32,000 nucleotides of DNA from Promethearchaeia archaeon. GTDB taxonomy: Archaea > Asgardarchaeota > Lokiarchaeia > Sigyniarchaeales > SOKP01. The DNA lies in NCBI GenBank assembly GCA_046497275.1, contig JAWOFX010000079.1:1842-33841 (forward strand), written 5' to 3'. A model generated the notes under the pieces. The model made no database searches. It saw only the letters and a program-made list of their open reading frames with translations, and was not told the DNA's origin. The number at the start of each line of letters is the position of its first letter. The stretch's first letter is position 1. Below are positions 10,103-19,141 of this stretch, piece after piece. The position numbers were made by a program, and so were the translations under genes.

Positions 10103-11926
10103 TTAATCTTTCTTTAAGGAAGCTGTCGCAACTCCAATAGCTTCTTGATAAGTTAGTTTGCCACTTGGCAATGGGATTTTAGTCGTTATAGGATCTTCAA
10201 ATTTAATATCAATTTCTGCATCTTTCTTTTTTAAAACAATATTTTTTAGCCAATTATCATTATCTGTGAGGGTGATATCTTTTCGATAGAATTCTCCACG
10301 ACTCTCTTCTCTTAATAAAGAAGCTTTTGTTGATAAATATAAACATGTAATCATATTACGTAATTCAATCGATCTTACCCATTCAAAATTTAATTTTTTC
10401 GATTTTGAAGAGCTAACATAAACTCTTTCGATTTCGTTATCTAACAAGTCTTCTAAATCTTTGATCCCTTTTTCTAAATTTTTACCATCTTTTATAAGAC
10501 CAACCTTTTTTCCTGATATTTCATGTACTTTCTCTTGTAATTGATTAGGTGAAATCCCTTTTTCTCTTTTAAGCGGTCTATTTATTCTTTTTATTATATC
10601 CTCGACTTGGGCAAAATTGATATCTGTTTGATCATTAGATTTCACATATTTAGGAGCTATTTCACCCGCAATTTTTCCTTGAACTCCCGCTTCAGTACAC
10701 GCTGATGCAACTCTTACTGCCCCCCATAATCCTCCTGAGCATTCCCCTGCTGCATATAAACCCGAAATGTTAGTTTCTGTATTTTCATTTATTCTAATAC
10801 CTCCTCCCATATAATGAGCTCCATTGCCTACTTCAACATCTTCAGTTTTTAATTTTTCTAATAGTTCTGGTAAAAGCTGAGTAAATTCATAACGAGTGTC
10901 TTTCATTTCGTTTTTAATTCTGTGGTTCGCCATTTTAATTAACATATCAATAAAACGTTCTCTTGTATGTTTTATAGAAAAGAATATTCCTCCATGAGGT
11001 CCATCACGACCTTCTTCTATTTCTAATTGTGAGGCTATAGAAACAATTTCTTTAGTACTCTGCTCCAGGTTTTCAGGATCGTATTTCTCCATAAACCTTT
11101 CTTCTTTGTTGTTTAATAACTTAATCGTTTTATCAAAGGGTTCTATCTCGCTTATTATATACAAAATGATGCTCCCTCTATCTTTAGGGGGCCACACCAT
11201 TGTAATTGGGCAAAATTGTACCATTTCCATTGAGATTAATTCTGCTCCAGCTCTATATGCCATGGCAATTCCATCTCCAGTTAGATCTTCTGGTCCAGTA
11301 TTGAATGGATATGCTCTGTGCCAACCGCCCGTAGCCATTATCACTGCTTTGCATTTAATGAGTATAATCTCTCCTGTAGTAATTTTTAATGCGAGTGCGC
11401 CTGCTATCGTTCCATTACTCACTAATAAATCTATAACCATCGTATCCTCTAAAATTGGGATTTCGAGTTCCTTAATCTTTTTTCGAATCGCATTAACCCA
11501 TGAAATTCCCGAACTTAAAATTCCTCGTGCCATCTCTTCTGTATGAGCAGATTCATAACTATGTATTCTCATTCCCCAATTCATCAAATCTTCCATAGCT
11601 TTAGGGGCATATTCAACGTATTTTTCCATCATCTTTTGATTCCCCAGATATAAACCTTCTCTTATAAGGGTTTCAAAAAATAGATCAGGACTGTCCCGAT
11701 CATCTCCTTCAAATCCTAAAGCTTTAGCTGATAATCCGTCAACATTAAAATCCGCACCAGCCATCTGAGAAGCTCCACATTGCCCAATCTTTCCTTTGGT
11801 CACAATCAATATGTCTACATCAGACTTTGAAGCTTCTATAGCTGCGTGTCCACCAGCACCTTCACTTCCAATGATTAATAATTCAGTAGTTATAGTCTCA
11901 TCATATAAATTTTCATTTTTTCCCAT
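10103..11926 (-). CDS. FAD-dependent oxidoreductase, SdhA/FrdA/NadB/TfrA superfamily, divergent active site
   Basis: IIGSEGAG dinucleotide-binding motif, ATGG, TGDGIAMAYRAGA, MEMVQFCP, HYMGGG, GLYAAGE, GAVR, and a C-terminal REESRG helical domain. Confidence 0.9.
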   Translation of the reverse strand: MGKNENLYDETITTELLIIGSEGAGGHAAIEASKSDVDILIVTKGKIGQCGASQMAGADFNVDGLSAKALGFEGDDRDSPDLFFETLIREGLYLGNQKMMEKYVEYAPKAMEDLMNWGMRIHSYESAHTEEMARGILSSGISWVNAIRKKIKELEIPILEDTMVIDLLVSNGTIAGALALKITTGEIILIKCKAVIMATGGWHRAYPFNTGPEDLTGDGIAMAYRAGAELISMEMVQFCPITMVWPPKDRGSIILYIISEIEPFDKTIKLLNNKEERFMEKYDPENLEQSTKEIVSIASQLEIEEGRDGPHGGIFFSIKHTRERFIDMLIKMANHRIKNEMKDTRYEFTQLLPELLEKLKTEDVEVGNGAHYMGGGIRINENTETNISGLYAAGECSGGLWGAVRVASACTEAGVQGKIAGEIAPKYVKSNDQTDINFAQVEDIIKRINRPLKREKGISPNQLQEKVHEISGKKVGLIKDGKNLEKGIKDLEDLLDNEIERVYVSSSKSKKLNFEWVRSIELRNMITCLYLSTKASLLREESRGEFYRKDITLTDNDNWLKNIVLKKKDAEIDIKFEDPITTKIPLPSGKLTYQEAIGVATASLKKD

Positions 11927-11946
11927 TTCAATTCCACTATTAATAT

Positions 11947-12495
11947 TTACTCCTTTTTAGTTATATATCTAAAATGACATATCTTATCTCCTAACATCAT
12001 CCTCTCGGGAAGTTCGAGTGTAAGATCAGGATTATAACCATTTAAAATTGCTTGATCAACATATTGACAATAAATTTTGCCGTATTCTTCTAAATTCCAC
12101 TCTTTACATGCGTTACAAAATACACAATCTCTTATAATAAGTTCTAGGTTCCCATCAACTATTTTTGGTCTATATTTTAAAATACTTCGACTGTCCAAAT
12201 CACCATATATGAAAAAATTTTTGAGATTCAATTCTTTCCCTAAGGATTTTACTAAATCTGCTATTCTTCGACCTCGTTCTTCACCATATTTTTTAACTGC
12301 CGTTTCCATTACTTTCCTACCTTCCTCTCCAAATTTATTAATAGTCTCAAGAGCAATAATACTAAAAAACTGTGCAAACATCCCGAAGAAATGTGTTTTA
12401 TATGTATCTCCAACCTCACTTTGCCCTTTCAAAATGTCCATTAAATCTTCATTTGTAAATCCTTTAGAATTGTTTGAAATTTTAATCGCATCCAA
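11947..12495 (-). CDS. L-2-amino-thiazoline-4-carboxylate hydrolase-like (ATC hydrolase / V4R-related fold) protein
   Basis: FGEEGRKVMETAVKKYGEERG, CVFCNACKEW, YCQYVDQAILNGYNPD and GDKICHFRY. TTG start. Confidence 0.8.
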   Translation of the reverse strand: MDAIKISNNSKGFTNEDLMDILKGQSEVGDTYKTHFFGMFAQFFSIIALETINKFGEEGRKVMETAVKKYGEERGRRIADLVKSLGKELNLKNFFIYGDLDSRSILKYRPKIVDGNLELIIRDCVFCNACKEWNLEEYGKIYCQYVDQAILNGYNPDLTLELPERMMLGDKICHFRYITKKE

Positions 12496-12612
12496 AATTT
12501 AATTTAATTTTACAATCTAATGTAGGATTCTAAAATTTATAAATATAAAATAAACGTCTTTTTTTTTAAGGCAAAAAAATTTTTTATTAGAAATTATTAT
12601 AATTTATTAAGA

Positions 12613-13542
12613 ATGACAGAGATAGTGGAAATTTCTGGAGTCAAATTACATCTCTCTGATCCGACAGATGTTCAATTAGAGTGGGTTGGAAATGAAGATT
12701 TAATTAACCAAATGAAAGCAGCATGGTTAATAGTGGATGAAGAGGATTTATCACTGACTCCAAGAATTCTTGGGAAACCGGGAGTTGGTAAAACTACTTT
12801 AGGTTATGCAACCGGTAAAAGACTTGGAAAAGATGTATATATATTTCAATGTACTATGGACACTCGACCCGAAGATCTTCTTATAAGTCCTGTGATCGCA
12901 TCGGATAAGTCAATAAAATATGTTGCAAGTTCATTAGTTTCAGCGATGATAAAGGGAGGAGCATGTCTATTAGATGAGGGAAATAGAATGAGTGAAAAAA
13001 GCTGGGCATCTTTAGCACCTCTGATGGATAAAAGAAGATATATTGAAAGTATTATAGCAGGTATCAGAGTTTATGCTCATCCTGATTTTCGTCTATGCGT
13101 AACTATGAACAATGATGCCAGCACGTATGAAGTGCCAGAATATATCCAAAGTAGGTTGCAACCAAAAATAGTTGTAGATTTCCCAAATAGAACTGATGAG
13201 TTAAAAATACTAAAATACAATCTTCCATTTAGCTCGGAAGAAATCTTAAATTATTGTGTAGATTTTTTACAAAATGCGCACAATCATGAAGAGAGTTATG
13301 TCGTGAGAGATGGGATGCATATTGTTCAATATTACATGAAACAGAGAGTCTTAAAAGGATTTAATAAGAATGAATTAGATAAAAATCAATTTAAAATTGC
13401 TATTTCTAAAATTCTTGAAGCTCATGCCATTAGATACTGTCCAGAAAACTATGAAAAATTTCTTGAAGAAAGCCAAAATAAGCCAATAAAAGAATTTTTT
13501 GATGAGAGTGATTTTGATTCTGATATGTTTAGAATGGATTAA
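12613..13542 (+). CDS. MoxR-family AAA+ ATPase
   Basis: GKPGVGKTT, FQCTMDTRPEDL, LLDEGNR, HPDFRLCVTMN and SRLQP. Confidence 0.88.
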   Translation: MTEIVEISGVKLHLSDPTDVQLEWVGNEDLINQMKAAWLIVDEEDLSLTPRILGKPGVGKTTLGYATGKRLGKDVYIFQCTMDTRPEDLLISPVIASDKSIKYVASSLVSAMIKGGACLLDEGNRMSEKSWASLAPLMDKRRYIESIIAGIRVYAHPDFRLCVTMNNDASTYEVPEYIQSRLQPKIVVDFPNRTDELKILKYNLPFSSEEILNYCVDFLQNAHNHEESYVVRDGMHIVQYYMKQRVLKGFNKNELDKNQFKIAISKILEAHAIRYCPENYEKFLEESQNKPIKEFFDESDFDSDMFRMD

Positions 13543-13602
13543 AGAATTTTTTAAATTTTATTTAAAGTAAAAAAAGCTCGTTAAAAAAAATAAAGAATTA
13601 TT

Positions 13603-15588
13603 ATGGAAAACCTTCCATTTATTAAATTTAAAAATCTCTATGTTATTCCAACTTTTCATTTTAGAATAGAGTTTGCCAAGTTTGTCAAGGAAGCTTTCTA
13701 TAAAATTTATCCTGATATAATTGCTGTAGAATTACCCGGAAATATTAAAGAAGAAGTAATTGAAGCCGTTGACAGACTTCCTTATTTATCTTTAATTGGT
13801 TATGCGGATACTCTACAATCAAAAAAATTGAATTTTATTCCAATAGATCCGGGAGATTCTATTATCGAGGCAATACGTATTGGACATGAACATGATATAG
13901 AAGTTGAATTTATTGACTTTTCTGTTAAAGAATACCAACCTGAAAGTTTGATATTGCCAGATGATTATGCTCTAAATAAAGTTGACTTCCAAGAATTTTA
14001 TAATATTGTCTATCATAATTTTAAGCGAGAGATTAAAAAAAAGAAAGAAAAATTGAGAGAATCGATAAAATTCAAAGAGTATATCCTTAATGAAGAAGAA
14101 AGAGAATATGATAATATTGAAATTGACATTTTAAGAGAACAATATATGGCATCTTATCTCTTAGAAATAATGCCTATGTACCATAGAATTGTATTTATTT
14201 GTGGAATGGCACATTGGGAGGGAATTAAATTTTATTTAGAAAATCCTTTCCTTGTGAGTGATGTGGATATTAACATCATTCCCCAGAAATATGTCAAAAT
14301 ATATAATATTCGTGGCTCAGATGCTCGTTTTTTATTGAAAGAATTACCATATCACACGAATAAATGGTTAAGTTTTAGAAGCGACCTAGCAAAAACCATT
14401 TTTAATGGAATTAATACTCCGGAAGAATTGGATAATTTAATCGGGAATTTCGATAAAAACAAGCATATTGAAGAAATATTATTAAAATCAAAAGAAAGAT
14501 ATCAAAAAGAATTTAAAGAATTTATAGATTTACATAAGCTAAAAACTCTCTTTCAATACACGAGAAATTTAGCCATTATCGAGGATCGCTTATTACCTAA
14601 TCTTTTTCATCTAATTAGCGCTTCGAAAAATGTGGTTGATGATGATTATGCGTGGAAGGTTCTGGAAACTGCAACCTACTATCCTTATGATGATAAAAGC
14701 GAGAATTATGATAGTTTAAAATTAACAGGGGAAGCTGGATATGATCCTGATGGTCGATATATTAAATTAAGAAGATCGCAACCTTATTATAGTCAAGAGC
14801 ACAAAGAGATCCCATTAGATAAGAAACCAAAAGAAAAATATCCTGGAGAGTGGAGAGATGAATGGGAAGAAGGAAAATGGAATATTGTTTCCTATCCTCC
14901 AGAAGATAAATTAGAGGAGGAGTATTTTGCCTTCATTAGAAAAAAGGCTATTAAGAATTTACAAGATCAAAGAATTAATATTGAAGAATTCAAATCAAGT
15001 ATTAAGGATGGAATTGCAATTAAAGAAACGATACGGGAATGGGGGATCAAACAAAAAATATATGTGAAAAACGAACAGCAAATCCAAGGGAAGGTGGATA
15101 CATTAATTGTTATTTTTGATGAAGATGAAAATGATCCTGAGAAATATCCATATAAGTTAACATGGTGGGCAGAACATGACAAGGAGAGCAACATGGCATT
15201 TTATGCTACTAATCCTGGAGAATATCTAATCGGACCAGGTATATCTCACGTTGAAGTTGGTGGACTCTTATCTATATATCCACCGATCTATATCACCCAG
15301 GTATTTGAATCTTACAGTGATTATCTCTATAAAGATGTGAGAAATAAAGCAGAAAGGCTTCTCAAAACAGGAATCCTTTATTCACGAGAAAAACACATTG
15401 TTTATGTGGCTGAAAAACCTCCGCGAAAATATTTCTATTCTTTGGCGGGAGTTAAACATCGAAATCTAGTCTATATTCCCTTAGATCACTTCTCTCAAGA
15501 ATCCTTGAAAACAATAAAACATATACACATTCTCGCAGGGAAGAATAAAAGAAAAATAGCACCTAAATACATTTTCTTGGATAAATAG
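13603..15588 (+). CDS. MoxR-associated protein: TraB/Tiki-like (YehM/DUF5682-like) N-domain plus putative degenerate VWA C-domain
   Basis: N-terminal PTFHF..., PDIIAVELP, LREQYMA and CGMAHW resemble the TraB/Tiki/ChaN fold pattern. The C-part has DGIAIKETIRE followed by the strand TLIVIFD. Co-oriented 60 bp after the MoxR gene. Confidence 0.55.
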   Translation: MENLPFIKFKNLYVIPTFHFRIEFAKFVKEAFYKIYPDIIAVELPGNIKEEVIEAVDRLPYLSLIGYADTLQSKKLNFIPIDPGDSIIEAIRIGHEHDIEVEFIDFSVKEYQPESLILPDDYALNKVDFQEFYNIVYHNFKREIKKKKEKLRESIKFKEYILNEEEREYDNIEIDILREQYMASYLLEIMPMYHRIVFICGMAHWEGIKFYLENPFLVSDVDINIIPQKYVKIYNIRGSDARFLLKELPYHTNKWLSFRSDLAKTIFNGINTPEELDNLIGNFDKNKHIEEILLKSKERYQKEFKEFIDLHKLKTLFQYTRNLAIIEDRLLPNLFHLISASKNVVDDDYAWKVLETATYYPYDDKSENYDSLKLTGEAGYDPDGRYIKLRRSQPYYSQEHKEIPLDKKPKEKYPGEWRDEWEEGKWNIVSYPPEDKLEEEYFAFIRKKAIKNLQDQRINIEEFKSSIKDGIAIKETIREWGIKQKIYVKNEQQIQGKVDTLIVIFDEDENDPEKYPYKLTWWAEHDKESNMAFYATNPGEYLIGPGISHVEVGGLLSIYPPIYITQVFESYSDYLYKDVRNKAERLLKTGILYSREKHIVYVAEKPPRKYFYSLAGVKHRNLVYIPLDHFSQESLKTIKHIHILAGKNKRKIAPKYIFLDK

Positions 15589-15633
15589 CTATGAAATTCA
15601 AAAATGTAGTGAAAAAATGAAAGAAAAATAAAA

Positions 15634-17334
15634 TTATTCTTCAATTGAATCTAAATAAGATTCGATTTTACCTTGGATAACCTCTGGTTTTTCTGCTTCT
15701 TCATCTTGCAAAGCAAGTTTTCTTTCGATCCCTTCTCTATGAATTGTATTCATCGCACAGAAAGGTATTTCAAGAACCTTATCGGAATTGTCTGGATCTA
15801 TGACTCCGTAATGCACCAAACAACGTTGGACTCTGTCAAGGTCAAAATTATAGGCATCTTGGAAATGCATCGCTCCAATCATTAAATTCTTTGTATGAAG
15901 AAAATACCCCGCTGAGTCTAAACTTGGATTTAAGACTAATCGGGCAAAGGCTTGGTATGTTTTACTGGTGAATATTTTCTGAGGATTTTTCACGTATCGT
16001 GCGAGTCCAGCGAAGAAATAGGCTTTCATTGATTGACGATATCCTATATCGCTCATCTCATCTACAAAATTTCCTACCTTTTCGGCTACAATTCCATATT
16101 TAGATAAATCAAAACCCTTAAAGATACCAGTCGGTCTCGGAACATCCTTATCATGTACCATATCATAAACTTTATTCGCCCACTTGATTAACCCTTCTAC
16201 ATCGAAAAAGTTTTCTATCGGCTCGTATTCGTTCTTCTCATTTACGACACAAATAGTCGCAAATCCGCAATCCTTATGACTGAGCATCGCCCATTCTGGT
16301 TTATTATCAAACCACGCAAGGAGTTTTGTTAATTTTCCCGTCGTTGCAAGTGGATAAAAACGATTCACAGCTCCATTTGTATGCTCATTTATTGCCACTT
16401 TCAAATCAGAGGTGGTATATCGTAGATCCATTAATTCCTCAAAACTAATTCTCCCACAAAGAGAAACTGGTTGGAACACAATCCCAGATATAACATCCGC
16501 ATTATCTTTCCCATAATCTAAAATATTACCTATTTCATGATCATTCACACCATTCGCAATTACTGGAACAAGCATAACGCCATATTGTCCAACTTCACGA
16601 CAATTCTCTATAACTTTTTTCTTAAGAGGCCAAAGATTCACCCCTCTAATTTTTTTCCACGTCTCAGGGTCATCCGTGGCATCAAATTGTAAATAGACTG
16701 CATCCATGCCTGCATCATGAAGTTTTCTCGTATACTCCAATGATTTACCCATTCGTACTCCATTCGTGGAAACCATTACCTCAATAAAACCTAATTCTTT
16801 TGCTGTTCGAATAATTTCTGGAAGATCATCTCGTATAGTCGGCTCTCCTCCCGCTAATTGGAGCATAGGGGCAGGATGAGGTTTCATTGAGCGAAAATGC
16901 TTCATGATCTGGACTATCTGGTCAAAGGTTGGCTCTACTATGTATCCCTTAGCGCTGGCATTCGCGAAGCATATTGGACACGCTAAATTACACCGATTCG
17001 TCACATCGATTAAGCAGATACATGGAGCGGACTTATGATTCTCACAAACACCACAATCGTATGGACAACCATTTTTGGTTGGTTTGATCCCTGATGAAAC
17101 ATACACAGGTTTTGTCGTATTACGGTCAATTGAGCCCATCTTATCAGTAAACTCTTGAGCCCATTTATATTCATCTGGATCAATCGATATTTTATCTTTA
17201 AACTCGCCGTGGTCTTTACATTCCTTTCGCATCATTACCCAATTTGTTTTAGGATCTACATATATTTCTGCTTCTATTTGCTTTAAGCATTCTGGGCAAA
17301 TTGATGTAGTGCTTTTGATAATTTCCTCCGTCAT
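15634..17334 (-). CDS. tes: Radical SAM tetraether lipid synthase (Tes / GDGT-MAS, MJ0619 family)
   Basis: N-terminal CPEC...CKDH metal site, CPYDCGVCENH cluster motif, radical SAM CNLACPIC, GGEPT, YLQFD, FQPVS..GR, HKDCG, MHFQDAYNFD..RV.RCLVHY and IPFC. The architecture matches MJ0619 as I recall it. Confidence 0.88.
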   Translation of the reverse strand: MTEEIIKSTTSICPECLKQIEAEIYVDPKTNWVMMRKECKDHGEFKDKISIDPDEYKWAQEFTDKMGSIDRNTTKPVYVSSGIKPTKNGCPYDCGVCENHKSAPCICLIDVTNRCNLACPICFANASAKGYIVEPTFDQIVQIMKHFRSMKPHPAPMLQLAGGEPTIRDDLPEIIRTAKELGFIEVMVSTNGVRMGKSLEYTRKLHDAGMDAVYLQFDATDDPETWKKIRGVNLWPLKKKVIENCREVGQYGVMLVPVIANGVNDHEIGNILDYGKDNADVISGIVFQPVSLCGRISFEELMDLRYTTSDLKVAINEHTNGAVNRFYPLATTGKLTKLLAWFDNKPEWAMLSHKDCGFATICVVNEKNEYEPIENFFDVEGLIKWANKVYDMVHDKDVPRPTGIFKGFDLSKYGIVAEKVGNFVDEMSDIGYRQSMKAYFFAGLARYVKNPQKIFTSKTYQAFARLVLNPSLDSAGYFLHTKNLMIGAMHFQDAYNFDLDRVQRCLVHYGVIDPDNSDKVLEIPFCAMNTIHREGIERKLALQDEEAEKPEVIQGKIESYLDSIEE

Positions 17335-17788
17335 TCTTATAACTCCGTAATTTTTAATTTTAAAAATTATTGAAAATTATTGATTAGAATTCTTAATATT
17401 TTACGCTTGATCAAATAAGTTCCTATTTAACCAAGAAAGTATTTTAATTATTTAGATTCTTAGCAAATAAATATTTTTCAATACAATTAATAATATTAAT
17501 TAAATTAGAATTTTCTCTGAAATTATTTTAAAAATGATTTAAAATAATATAAATTTCTTCACATGAAAGATTAAAGATTTTTAAATAACAAGAATAGATA
17601 TAATGGAAATAAATTTTTTAGTTCGCCTCTCCCAACAGTATTTTTTCCTTTATCTTACCTCAAATAAAATAGTGTATTTTTATCAATACTTAACCCCAAT
17701 ATAATTGAATTGTTCTCGTATTCATAGAATTAAGAAAATTTAGTGAGTGTTATTTTTAAATTTCAAAATTATATTAATAATCATAGAA

Positions 17789-18892
17789 ATGACTGAATTT
17801 CGAGTAAATAAATTTATTACTCTTAGATTAGAGGGAAAAGAAACAGTCATATATGTTAAGAAAGAGCGTTTTCGACAGTGCAAATATTTATTCTTAATTG
17901 ATCCAAGAAACACGGTCGATAACGATATTAATTCTATTGATGAAGCGGCGGAATCTTTTGAAAAGAAAATGGAGGGAGAGAATTTTACCTTGGATGAATT
18001 AGGACTTACTTCTGAGGATGTGTTTTGGGGACATTGCTCCAACCTCCAAGCGTGGGCGGAGAATGGGTATGATACACGGCTTATTCACTCTAATTTAGCA
18101 TTCCCGCTGCTGAGGGTGCTGGCAGAGAAAGGGGACCCGCAAGCGAGAAAAGTTTTTAAAGAAGAAATCGCGCGACGCTTCTTAGAAGGGTCAATAACTA
18201 CGAAAATTTTTCTTATGAATGAGGGTTTTCTTGATATCCTAACTATAGAAGAACTAGAAAGCATCATTCCGTCTAATATCATTTCTAAAATAAAATCTCT
18301 TAAGAATTTAATCGGAAAACGATTAAAAATGAAGAGTGACATAAGGGGAGTGGGACGAGAGTTAAATGCATACTCCTATGAGGAGGGTTATATCACAGGG
18401 ATGAAATTTAGCTGTAAGACATTGGACAAATTCCCCGAAATTTTGAGAAAATTTTCTGAGCTTAAGATGCTTGAGATGGCATTGAAAAAAATAGAAGTGA
18501 TTCCTGAATGGATTAATGAACTAAAGAAATTGAAAACGCTGAATTTAAGCTCTAATGCGATTAGAAAAATACCCGACTTGAGCCTGCCAGAGTTGGAAAC
18601 GCTTAGATTATCCTACAACCAACTGGAAACCATAGACTTTAGTGGGAGCGATTTGCCCATACTAATGGAACTATATCTAAGTGATAATAGAATACACACA
18701 ATTAAAGGATTAAAAAACCTAAAAAAACTTAAGATGCTAAGTATATGGCGAAATCAAATCAATGATCTTCCCAATGATTTATTGAAATTACCTAAATTAT
18801 TTGAAATAAGAATTAATAATTTAAATCCTATTAAAATTGACGAAGATAGTGTAGCTAAAGAATTAAAAAAAAAAGGAGTAGAGATTTATTAG
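17789..18892 (+). CDS. Leucine-rich repeat protein with a Lokiarchaeia-type N-terminal domain
   Basis: ATG at 17789 (MTEFRVNKFITLRLEGKETVIYV) is more plausible than the ORF-track start at 17747. Motifs FWGHCSNLQAW and LAFPLLRVL. C-terminal LxxLxLxxNxI repeats (LKTLNLSSNAI, LETLRLSYNQL, LMELYLSDNRI, LKMLSIWRNQI). Confidence 0.85.
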   Translation: MTEFRVNKFITLRLEGKETVIYVKKERFRQCKYLFLIDPRNTVDNDINSIDEAAESFEKKMEGENFTLDELGLTSEDVFWGHCSNLQAWAENGYDTRLIHSNLAFPLLRVLAEKGDPQARKVFKEEIARRFLEGSITTKIFLMNEGFLDILTIEELESIIPSNIISKIKSLKNLIGKRLKMKSDIRGVGRELNAYSYEEGYITGMKFSCKTLDKFPEILRKFSELKMLEMALKKIEVIPEWINELKKLKTLNLSSNAIRKIPDLSLPELETLRLSYNQLETIDFSGSDLPILMELYLSDNRIHTIKGLKNLKKLKMLSIWRNQINDLPNDLLKLPKLFEIRINNLNPIKIDEDSVAKELKKKGVEIY

Positions 18893-19141
18893 AAAATTAT
18901 TATTACAACGAAACTGATAGGTATGGATTTCCATCTTGACCAAGAGAAATTAGATAATTAATTTTTTTACTTGAATCTAATTGCTTTTTCTAAGAAATTA
19001 TAAAGTCAGTCAAAATACCTTTTAAAGTGAGTTGTTTTTCACTATTAATTTAAAATTTTTTATTGATATTTTTTATAATTCGTGAATTTAAAAAGTACTA
19101 TTTTTGGAGCATATTTTTTGGAGTGTTATTATAATGAAAAG

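Noticed and set aside
17335-17788. Long AT-rich intergenic region as a replication origin
   Set aside because: I recognised no ORB-like repeats and no cdc6/orc1 gene is adjacent. It is consistent with a divergent promoter region.
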